From the NCBI RefSeq assembly GCF_964355755.1, contig NC_092678.1, forward strand, positions 21,841,365 to 21,905,364: a stretch of DNA of 64,000 nt, in the 5' to 3' direction. The stretch comes from Antedon mediterranea. Its lineage: Eukaryota > Animalia > Echinodermata. Shown in pieces: positions 54,201 to 64,000 of this stretch. Each line of letters starts with the position of its first letter. Positions within the stretch are counted from its first letter, which is position 1. The position numbers and the translations under genes are program-made. Under the pieces are notes generated by a model that was not told the origin of the DNA, ran no database searches, and worked only from the letters and a program-made list of their open reading frames with translations.

Positions 54201-55385
54201 TTAAAACGCTAATAAATTATGAGGCAGGTATTTTCGGCATTTGTCACTACCGCAATAACATGGTTTTGAATTTTGTATATTTTGTGTCGGTTCTAAATCA
54301 CCATGGTAACTATAACATAACTCTTCTCGACTGCTGATGTCATATTTGGCGAATAAAGCAGCTCGTGGGATTTCATTATTAACTCGAACCGGAAAAACTT
54401 CTAAATTTGGATTGCATGAGTGGTTTATAAACCGTCCAACATTACCAATGTATGTCGGGTCAATAAACGTAATCTTTGTTTCTTTCCCAGCATGCTCTTT
54501 TAAAATTAACAGATAATTCATATCGTCTATAGTTTTTACATCTGTTCTTGATTTTGCTTCAGAATGTCCTAAAATTTCTCCAGCGTACTCACAGACAAAC
54601 TGCCCTTTTCCAATGTTTTGCAATGCTCGCAGACCCAATCCTTTATTTTCTGTCATAAAAGCTTCGAGCTGGATAGCAATACCATTCTGAACGACGCGGT
54701 TTATGCAAGTGTCACCACAGCGACAAGATCCATTGCATTCAAATATTGGTTTTATGTACGGAAGACTAGAGTTTGATGTTATTGTGAGAAGATGACCTTT
54801 GTCATCATAATTTGGTCCGTATGCTTTAATGCATGTACAACCTGGTCCACATGATAACACTGTACAATTGCATCCCTCAAGGGTAAGTTCAGAGGGCTCA
54901 TGTTGGTACCCCTTTCCTGCCACATTTTCGGAAGTGTACTATAAAAACATAAATTAATACAATTCATACACAAAAATGCTTTCTAGTAATTCTGGAAAAT
55001 ATAGTCTATGGATTATTTCTGTTATGCAAAAAAATATATATAGAATTAGGGTGCTTTAAAATTTACACAAATGAGGCCATGTATGGAATGGCTGGTGGTA
55101 GATAGATGTGGAGGGGATACGGCAACCGATCACCACGATGCACGCTGGCAACAGAGGAAGGGGGGTGATCATTGCTTATGGTTTACCATATATAGGCTCA
55201 CTAGCTAACGATAAATACTATTTTATAGTAATAGTAGTAAGCCTAGCCTAGCTAGCACACAGACACAGTAGTGACAATAATATTATTTAACCTTGATTTA
55301 CCTTAAAAGTAGCACCTTGCTCAAGTAGATAATCTTTTGGAATTTTAACTGGAACATTTTCTAATTCATTAGTAAAGTAAGCCAT
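54201..55385 (-). CDS. SETMAR: SETMAR-like histone-lysine N-methyltransferase (pre-SET, SET, post-SET; no transposase), 273 aa
   Basis: Exon 1 55385-55302 (MAYFTNELENVPV...ATFK, GTAAAT donor); exon 2 54938-54201 (YTSENVAG...GCNC...FECNGSCRCGDTCINRVVQ, KGLGL, FVCEYAGE, GRFINHSCNPN, EELCYSY, CYCGSDKCR). Start codon inferred; position next to SUMF1 supports orthology. Confidence 0.9.
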
Positions 55386-58300
55386 TTCAAAATACCACGT
55401 GAAATATTGAAATGCAGAAAATAAACTTGAAATGATATCCCTTGTAAAGTTGTACAATTGTTTACTGTTTATACCAAACCCACCCATGCGTTACAAATTT
55501 ACACCGCGAGTTCTAAGTTTAGTCAATTGAGGGCGACATTACTATTTTCTTGAATATCAGAAACCACTGACAATCTACTGTCAAACAATCGTACACAAAA
55601 TACAGAAACTGGTTGATTCGATAGATATAAAAACCATTACATAAAAAACTTTCACTTATTCTTCAATACATTTTTATTTCAATATACAAAATATTTTGAT
55701 CAAGTAATTTTATAAGTTACTGAATATTATTCCAATTTATGTTATAATAAGCTTATAAAGAAAACATGTACACGTTAAGATGTATCTAACGTAACTGGTT
55801 GGCCCGACAAAAAAACAAAGCAACGTGTTTCTAAAATACATATTTGTTACTTATTTATAAGACACATAGCATAGTTAATATTATTAAATTAAATGTATTA
55901 TGCATAATAACAGAATAGACAGACAGACAGCATACCTGGTTTGACGATTGATGAAAGTTAAATAGATAAATATAAAATAATTAATTTAATGAAAATACAA
56001 TTTATTTCGCTGACATAATCACGTTAATGTTTGAAAAGTTCAGTTTATGCAAATGTCTAATGAAGTTAATAGTTATTTTACAGAAATGGTTAATTATTCC
56101 GTTTGCGCATGATCAGCATCATCGCCGTCTGCTATCACTTCTTTTTCTTCTGTGTCGTCTGCTCCGTTATGCGTACTTTCCTCATTCGGTGACGTCAATG
56201 CATTTGTAGTGGCACATAATGGTGCGTTGATAACAAGAACGCCATTGTCTTGCAGGTTTGATCTCAACTGGTTGACATCTGCGTCAGACGGCAAGTTAAA
56301 CCATTTCGTAAATTCTTCATGCAAGAAGTGTCCGTCACTCTCCTCAATTTTCTTTGCATGAACTTTCAATTTGTGTTCCTCAATGCTCACATTCACGTGT
56401 TCTGGTTTAAAACGTTTCATTGGCAGTTCAACGTGAAATCCACTCTTGGAGTCCGTTTCTGGTTCCTGATTTTGTGAGGTGGTCATGGCCACGGCATCTT
56501 GTTCAGGAGGGTTGGCAGGTGGCATCTCAGATTGAGATGGTTCGTCCTCCTTTTTGTCGGCATTCTCCATCGAATCACTTTCAGTTGAAATTTTTGCCGA
56601 TTTCGCATCTGACGTAATCGACTCTGGCTCGTTGGTGATTGTCTTAAACGGCGCAATAACATGCAGAGTGCCATCCCGAGACAGACTTGATGTCAACTTG
56701 TCTGTCTCAATATTTTCTGGTAAGCTGTACCATTTGAAAACTTCAGAAGAAGCTGTTTCTGATTTAGCATGGATTTTCAGACGGTCTTCATCTAGTGATA
56801 CGTCAATTTCGTCAGGTTTAAAGTTTGACAAATTTAGTCCAACGTGAAATTTGCCTTCTTCTGTTCGAGGACAGCATGCTGCTTTTTTCTTTTTCAATGC
56901 ATCGTTCTTATGTTGTCTCATTTCTTTCCCATCAAATGTATCCAGAAGAAGAAACGTCGGAACTGAGCTTCTACGAAAATGTCTATCGAATCGGTCGTCT
57001 GATAGGGTCCAGGGATTGTAGAATTGAATGCATGTACAACCTGGTCCACATGATAACACTGTACAATTGCATCCCTCAAGGGTAAGTTCAGAGGGCTCAT
57101 GTTGGTACCCCTTTCCTGCCACATTTTCGGAAGTGTACTATAAAAACATAAATTAATACAATTCATACACAAAAATGCTTTCTAGTAATTCTGGAAAATA
57201 TAGTCTATGGATTATTTCTGTTATGCAAAAAAATATATATAGAATTAGGGTGCTTTAAAATTTACACAAATGAGGCCATGTATGGAATGGCTGGTGGTAG
57301 ATAGATGTGGAGGGGATACGGCAACCGATCACCACGATGCACGCTGGCAACAGAGGAAGGGGGGTGATCATTGCTTATGGTTTACCATATATAGGCTCAC
57401 TAGCTAACGATAAGTACTATTTTATAGTAATAGTAGTAAGCCTAGCCTAGCTAGCACACAGACACAGTAGTGACAATAATATTATTTAACCTTGATTTAC
57501 CTTAAAAGTAGCACCTTGCTCAAGTAGATAATCTTTTGGAATTTTAACTGGAACATTTTCTAATTCATTAGTAAAGTAAGCCATTTCAAAATACCACGTG
57601 AAATATTGAAATGCAGAAAATAAACTTGAAATGATATCCCTTGTAAAGTTGTACAATTGTTTACTGTTTATACCAAACCCACCCATGCGTTACAAATTTA
57701 CACCGCGAGTTCTAAGTTTAGTCAATTGAGGGCGACATTACTATTTTCTTGAATATCAGAAACCACTGACAATCTACTGTCAAACAATCGTACACAAAAT
57801 ACAGAAACTGGTTGATTCGATAGATATAAAAACCATTACATAAAAAACTTTCACTTATTCTTCAATACATTTTTATTTCAATATACAAAATATTTTGATC
57901 AAGTAATTTTATAAGTTACTGAATATTATTCCAATTTATGTTATAATAAGCTTATAAAGAAAACATGTACACGTTAAGATGTATCTAACGTAACTGGTTG
58001 GCCCGGCGACAAAAAAACAAAGCAACGTGTTTCTAAAATACATATTTGTTACTTATTTATAAGACACATAGCATAGTTAATATTATTAAATTAAATGTAT
58101 TATGCATAATAACAGAATAGACAGACAGACAGCATACCTGGTTTGACGATTGATGAAAGTTAAATAGATAAATATAAAATAATTAATTTAATGAAAATAC
58201 AATTTATTTCGCTGACATAATCACGTTAATGTTTGAAAAGTTCAGTTTATGCAAATGTCTAATGAAGTTAATAGTTATTTTACAGAAATGGTTAATTATT

Positions 58301-59226
58301 CCGTTTGCGCATGATCAGCATCATCGCCGTCTGCTATCACTTCTTTTTCTCCTGTGTCGTCTGCTCCGTTATGCGTACTTTCCTCATTCGGTGACGTCAA
58401 TGCATTTGTAGTGGCACATAATGGTGCGTTGATAACAAGAACGCCATTGTCTTGCAGGTTTGATCTCAACTGGTTGACATCTGCGTCAGACGGCAAGGTA
58501 AACCATTTCGTAAATTCTTCATGCAAGAAGTGTCCGTCACTCTCCTCAATTTTCTTTGCATGAACTTTCAATTTGTGTTCCTCAATGCTCACATTCACGT
58601 GTTCTGGTTTAAAACGTTTCATTGGCAGTTCAACGTGAAATCCACTCTTGGAGTCCGTTTCTGGTTCCTGATTTTGTGAGGTGGTCATGGCCACGGCATC
58701 TTGTTCAGGAGGGTTGGCAGGTGGCATCTCAGATTGAGATGGTTCGTCCTCCTTTTTGTCGGCATTCTCCATCGAATCACTTTCAGTTGAAATTTTTGCC
58801 GATTTCGCATCTGACGTAATCGACTCTGGCTCGTTGGTGATTGTCTTAAACGGCGCAATAACATGCAGAGTGCCATCCCGAGACAGACTTGATGTCAACT
58901 TGTCTGTCTCAATATTTTCTGGTAAGCTGTACCATTTGAAAACTTCAGAAGAAGCTGTTTCTGATTTAGCATGGATTTTCAGACGGTCTTCATCTAGTGA
59001 TACGTCAATTTCGTCAGGTTTAAAGTTTGACAAATTTAGTCCAACGTGAAATTTGCCTTCTTCTGTTCGAGGACAGCATGCTGCTTTTTTCTTTTTCAAT
59101 GCATCGTTCTTATGTTGTCTCATTTCTTTCCCATCAAATGTATCCAGAAGAAGAAACGTCGGAACTGAGCTTCTACGAAAATGTCTATCGAATCGGTCGT
59201 CTGATAGGGTCCAGGGATTGTAGAAT
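54828..59226. repeat. 2.2-kb near-identical direct tandem duplication (54828-57024 and 57027-59226)
   Basis: Offset 2199/2202; identical duplicated ORFs in the track; only about 4 differences noticed by eye (three substitutions and one 3-bp indel near 58004). Confidence 0.97.
56094..57584 (-). CDS. Chimeric gene: SETMAR exon 1 and partial pre-SET fused in frame to a double alpha-crystallin sHSP (predicted 375 aa)
   Basis: Exon 1 57584-57501 and exon 2 57137-56094; junction ...GCNCTVLSCGPGCTCI-Q-FYNPWTLSDDRFD... at 57024-57027; splice sites copied intact; no stop codon. Confidence 0.8.
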
Positions 59227-59303
59227 CCAAAGCCTGGTTCCCTTCGCCGACAGCAGCTGTGCACTGGTCTATGAACAAAACTTGGTGAATATAAACTGAA
59301 CAT
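58296..59303 (-). CDS. Small heat shock protein with two alpha-crystallin (HSP20) domains, 335 aa, intronless
   Basis: Two ACDs: FHVGLNLSNFKPDEIDV...YSLPENI...SSLSRDGTLHVIAP and FHVELPMKRFKPEHVNV...FTLPSDADV...LQDNGVLVINAP; ATG (MFSLYSPSF) shared with the paralog. Confidence 0.95.
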   Translation of the reverse strand: MFSLYSPSFVHRPVHSCCRRREPGFGFYNPWTLSDDRFDRHFRRSSVPTFLLLDTFDGKEMRQHKNDALKKKKAACCPRTEEGKFHVGLNLSNFKPDEIDVSLDEDRLKIHAKSETASSEVFKWYSLPENIETDKLTSSLSRDGTLHVIAPFKTITNEPESITSDAKSAKISTESDSMENADKKEDEPSQSEMPPANPPEQDAVAMTTSQNQEPETDSKSGFHVELPMKRFKPEHVNVSIEEHKLKVHAKKIEESDGHFLHEEFTKWFTLPSDADVNQLRSNLQDNGVLVINAPLCATTNALTSPNEESTHNGADDTGEKEVIADGDDADHAQTE

Positions 59304-59384
59304 CTTAACAAATAAATTCACACTGGTAGCTTTTTCTTGGTCGTTTTGTTTGCGATTGATGAAATCCCTGGCTTCGCACTTATC

Positions 59385-59613
59385 TTATATAGTCTGATTT
59401 TACATTCGCCACAATTGTAGAACAATCGGGAACTAGTCGAAGAATCATCACGATTGGTCGAGAATTATAGAGGGCACTATTTTGATCTATTTTTAGATCG
59501 CTTGTAAATCCGCCCTCTATGGTACAGAATATTCTAGATGGTTCTGCCTGGTTCCCGAGTTTTCTGCTGTGTGACGATATTTCTTAATATGGAAGCTGGC
59601 GAGAATATAAATA
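59385..59613. promoter_or_regulatory. Bidirectional heat-shock promoter: two outward TATA boxes and HSE arrays
   Basis: TATATAA (minus, 59385-59391) and TATAAATA (plus, 59606-59613); in-phase nGAAn/nTTCn array aGAAt aTTCt aGAtg gTTCt gcctg gTTCc cGAgt tTTCt at 59526-59565; weaker aGAAc aaTCg gGAAc at 59419-59433. Confidence 0.85.
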
Positions 59614-59711
59614 ACCACAATGAGAAGGGTTAGGCATTAATCGTTAAAACAGAAAAAAGTAAACACAATATTAACAAATTGACTGCAAAGAGAATACTAT
59701 ACATTGGAAAA

Positions 59712-60755
59712 ATGTTCAGTTTATATTCGCCAAGTTTTGTTCAGCGCCGACCAGCAGTGTGTTGCCGACGAGAACCAGAGCTTGGATTCTACAATTCGGC
59801 ATGGAGATCACCATCATCAACAGAAGACTGGCTCGGCTTGGGACGTTTTGCTAACAGGTCGGTTCCAACGTTCCTCCTGATGCTGGATTCATTTGATACA
59901 AATGACAGAAAGAATAACAGAAAACGAAAGAATAATGATACATGTGAGGCGGCGGCAACGAAAAACACAGCATGTCAAAAAAAGGGAGAAACATTTCACG
60001 TTGGTTTCAATTTGTCAGGCTTTAAACCTGACGAAATTAACGTATCACTAGATGAAGACCGTCTAAAGATCCATGCTAAATCAGAAAAAGCTTCTTCTGA
60101 AGTTTTTAAATGGTATAGCTTACCAGAAAACATTGAGACAGACAAGTTGACATCAAGTCTGTCTCGGGATGGCACTCTGCATGTTATTGCACCGTTTAAG
60201 ACAACCACCAAAGAGCCAGAGTCGATTACCTCAGATAGGAAATCGGCAAAAGTATCAATTGAAAGTGATGAGTCGATGGAGAATGCCGACAAAAAAGAGG
60301 ACGAACAATCTCAATCTGACACGATGCCACCTCCTGCAAACCCTGAACAAGAAGATTCAGTGATCATGACCACTACCTCACCACCACCAGAACCAGACTC
60401 CAAGAGTGGATTTCACGTTGAACTGCCAATGAAACGTTTTAAACCAGAACACGTGAATGTCAGCATTGACGAACACAAATTGAAAGTTCATGCAAAGAAA
60501 ATTGAGGAGAGTGACGGACACTTCTTGCATGAAGAAGTTACGAAATGGTTAACCTTGCCGTCTGACGCAGATGTCAACCAGTTGAGATCAAACCTGCAAG
60601 AAAATGGCGTTCTTGTTATCAACGCACCATTATGTGCTACTACAAGTACACTGACGTCACCGAATGAACAAAGTATGAAAACTGGAGCAGACGACACAGA
60701 AAAAAACGAAGTGGTAGTAGACGACGCTGACGCTGATCATGCGCAAACGGAATAA
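59712..60755 (+). CDS. Small heat shock protein with two alpha-crystallin domains, 347 aa, divergent paralog
   Basis: Same two-ACD architecture, near-identical ACDs and the same C-terminus DADHAQTE; ATG at 59712. Confidence 0.95.
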   Translation: MFSLYSPSFVQRRPAVCCRREPELGFYNSAWRSPSSTEDWLGLGRFANRSVPTFLLMLDSFDTNDRKNNRKRKNNDTCEAAATKNTACQKKGETFHVGFNLSGFKPDEINVSLDEDRLKIHAKSEKASSEVFKWYSLPENIETDKLTSSLSRDGTLHVIAPFKTTTKEPESITSDRKSAKVSIESDESMENADKKEDEQSQSDTMPPPANPEQEDSVIMTTTSPPPEPDSKSGFHVELPMKRFKPEHVNVSIDEHKLKVHAKKIEESDGHFLHEEVTKWLTLPSDADVNQLRSNLQENGVLVINAPLCATTSTLTSPNEQSMKTGADDTEKNEVVVDDADADHAQTE

Positions 60756-63700
60756 TGAACTGTGTATAGGCCTATATCCTTAAGTCACTGTATATAATAT
60801 AGACATTATTGTGTTAGAATAGAATTTATACGGAATAGAATATAGGTTAAATGTAAAACACTATAGGCCCTAATTCGAGTTTGATCCTGGTGAGCATTTC
60901 AATACTGTAGTAGAGGGGATATGTAATGATGAGTTTAATTAATTGTAATGATAGATAATGATATCAGCATAGGCCTACATAGATATTATATTTACTTATA
61001 TATTTTAATATTGTGTTAACGATATCATTATTCCATACTTTATATAATGGTATGTATAATATGTCTTATACTTTAGTAATTAAATAAAATATTTAGAACA
61101 GAATATGATTAGGCCAGTAGGCATACACGTGATGATGATACTTATTTTGTTTTAATTAATGTTAACAGCTCATATGGATTATAATGATCTCAACATAGAA
61201 AAATGTATCTTATATGTCAGATTATGACAATCAATTTGTTTGGGGTTTTTTTTCTTGTAGTAAATTGATATTTGTATACGTATATTACACTAGCAAAAGG
61301 TACATTAACGCCGTTGTATATTACTATTGAAATTGCCTTTTATGGTATTAATAGCTTCTATGTATGGTATTGCTTTCAGTATCACTGAATGTTAGATTTT
61401 TTAGAAAGGAACAAAAACTCAAATACGGAATTTATTCTGCGTAAATAACAAATCTATCATGACTGACCTGATTATTGTTTTGTTTATAATTATAATTGCG
61501 ATAGTAGTAAGTAATAAGAATAAAATGTTTTATAAATAAAGTGCATTGTCTTATTTATTTTCTTTCTATTGTAAATTGTTTTGCTGTAGGCCTATATTAA
61601 ATGCCAAGTATATAGTTAAACCATGGGTGTGGAAAAGCATATTTAGAAAGTGTGCTTAATCAAATCCGTGTGTCAAATAAGACGATAAAACCATAATAAT
61701 TATAGGCCCATGTTACCAATGTGGATAGGCCTATTTGTCCGACAGCAGACTTGCCCAAAGTCTAGTTATTGTCTCTTTTTTAAGTTCAATGTACGAACAA
61801 TGAGTTTAATGTCGTTTTTTTTATATTATTATTGGTATTATTAACCACGTGAAACCAAGGCCTTAAAGTCTAATGCAGAGGCAGACAGGGTAGGGTGGGA
61901 GCATCATGCAACAAAAACATTACTACAGACTATGCCAGACGTTAATTTGTATAATTTTTAACAAGACCCTTACCAAAAGAGGAGGGCGGTATGCTAATAA
62001 TTACAAAAGCAACAATTAGTTAGCGTGTTTTGTTATACTTTGTTCAATTCAATTCATCCCACGTGGGGGACAAGTACATTTTGAAAAATACATAGTTAAT
62101 AATCAATTAAAAATACAAAAAAATCAAATCACATTTCAACGTAACATCTTAAATTTACAATATTCATAATTCATAATACTATGGCCCATAAACAAATTTA
62201 TTTGGATCTTTTATTTAACAGTTGTTACCGCAATATGCGATATATCATCTGCTCTGCTGATTGATCGACAATTTTTCACAAAAAATAAATGAAAATATGA
62301 CAACGCATGCGTACACCAATGCATTTGATTTACCTGAATAAAGTCGCTTAGTGGAAAACAAACTTTATGTCGTCATATTGAAAATATGTCAATATTTTAA
62401 TAGTGATTTATTTGTATATTCTATGAATACCGAAACTTGAAATTACAAATTACGTTAGTAAACCGGAAGATAATTGACGAAAAAGAAACACCAAATAAAC
62501 AGTGAAAATGCACTTTTGGTTTCATTCATGATCAATGTAATCATAGATTATGGTGAACTAATAGCATGGAGGTTTGAGCATACATTTAGCTTAGGACGTT
62601 AGGTTCAGTTCAGTTATTTAAACATTATCGCCTCGCCCACTAATTCAAATCCTTGGTCCGCAACTTTAATTAACAAAATAAAATTGTCTATTAATCTATT
62701 CATACTAAACAAAATATCCAAAACGGAAACAAAACCGTTTACCAAGACATTTGACGTGGTATAACATAGAGATATTATATTGTCTCTATTGGTATAATCA
62801 CATATAATGTTTTGTTAGTATATAATTGCACGCTTTAACTTTCATACTACTGACCAAAGTCCATTTGATTGTCTCGGTGCGAATGTATATACAAGGCCTA
62901 CTTATATCAGAAAATTCTCATACTAGAAGTTAACGTCTCCGAATTGGAATGTCCGAAAAGAGGCCTATAGCTAAAATTAGGTGTACCCACGGAAAATATA
63001 GAATCTGGATAATCGTAGTTATGATTCTCACAGTAGGCCTATTTTTTGTTCAATTATTTGTTACAATTAACAGAAATTTGTTTTGAAAACTGGCATATAT
63101 ATCCTATATAACTAAACAGTAAAAATACACAGATAAGCACAGCAACAACACAAACCGTTGATAAAAAGTGGCTAAAATATTAATATAATGTACTATTATT
63201 TTTGTTTTTGAAGTCAGACTCTCTTTTTTTTTTTTGGTAAGGGGTGGGGAGTGTGCTTAAAGTGTGATTTAAACAGTGTAAACCAATTGAGTGCAAAGCT
63301 AGGCTTGTCCACCCCTCCTCATTCAAGGTTTCGACGAAGGGTATAAACAAGCACCCCAAGGACAACCGGATAATCTAAGCATTGTGATTGACCTTAAGTA
63401 AATGCCTTCTATTGTCCACGTTGTATAATAGTACCGTGCCACTCCCTACGATATACGCTAACACACAAGTATAATATATCTTACAATAGTACTCAACAGT
63501 ACTTTGGTATTATTATGCCACGTTGAACAAATAGTGTTTGTCTAGTTTGTCAATAGGTAAGCTGAGATCAGGACACTGAGTCAGAACATGGAGTAAAGAA
63601 CCTTCAGAGTGTGCAATGTTCAGCGGATTGCTTATGATGAAGGAGGATGAAATTAATTAATTTCACTCCTCTCTTGTATTACATTTGTTTGGTCTTTTAG

Positions 63701-64000
63701 TAGCCTAAACGACATAATTTTCAAATCAGCTGCAATTGAGGGTGGAAGGGGTGCCGCGGTTGATTAGTGAGAGGGGGTTATTAATCATGCGAAGATCTTC
63801 AAGTGTGCAGATATGAACTTTATTATTTCAACAACAAAAAAACCAAAGGGGAACTTACTAATATGTAACATTAACAAATTCCAATTACTACAACAATTCT
63901 TCTCAATTGTTTTTATATGAACTTATGGAAATGCCAAAATAAACATTAATAACAAAATCATGCAAATAAGTTTTTATTAAAGTGAAACCGTACCATTTGT

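Noticed and set aside
55386-55487. Longer N-terminus of SETMAR exon 1 from the upstream ATG
   Set aside because: It is in frame but shows no recognisable similarity; the downstream ATG fits the family better. It cannot be excluded without transcripts.
56152-60697. Antisense and alternate-frame ORFs overlapping the sHSP genes
   Set aside because: Shadows of the sHSP coding sequence, repeated only because the genes are duplicated.
60756-64000. Possible gene in the right-hand 3 kb
   Set aside because: AT-rich, with no recognisable ORF or exon chain.

Overview
AT-rich metazoan (invertebrate, probably deuterostome) genomic DNA, not prokaryotic. Left 48 kb: the 5' half of a multi-exon inositol 1,4,5-trisphosphate receptor gene (ITPR, minus strand, 27 traceable coding exons, about 1235 aa, running off the left edge). 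Its introns are full of transposon relics: a Gypsy pol with 3' LTR, an L1/Tx1 fragment, a Deu-type SINE, several MITE families, a Penelope-like hammerhead fragment and satellites. Head-to-head with ITPR is SUMF1 (8 exons, plus strand), followed tail-to-tail by a transposase-less SETMAR-like SET gene, the same order and orientation as human 3p26. Next is a divergent pair of double-alpha-crystallin small heat shock genes sharing an HSE promoter. Highlights: (1) a near-perfect 2.2 kb tandem duplication creates an in-frame chimeric SETMAR(pre-SET)::sHSP gene while leaving both parents intact; (2) recurrent 5-bp TA to TAC(A/T)GTA insertions (Tc1/mariner-type excision footprints), demonstrable by copy comparison, frameshift two retroelement ORFs; (3) two frame-preserving candidate cassette exons in ITPR (27 nt at the SIII-equivalent position and 144 nt). 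Coordinates were read by eye and may be off by a few bases.
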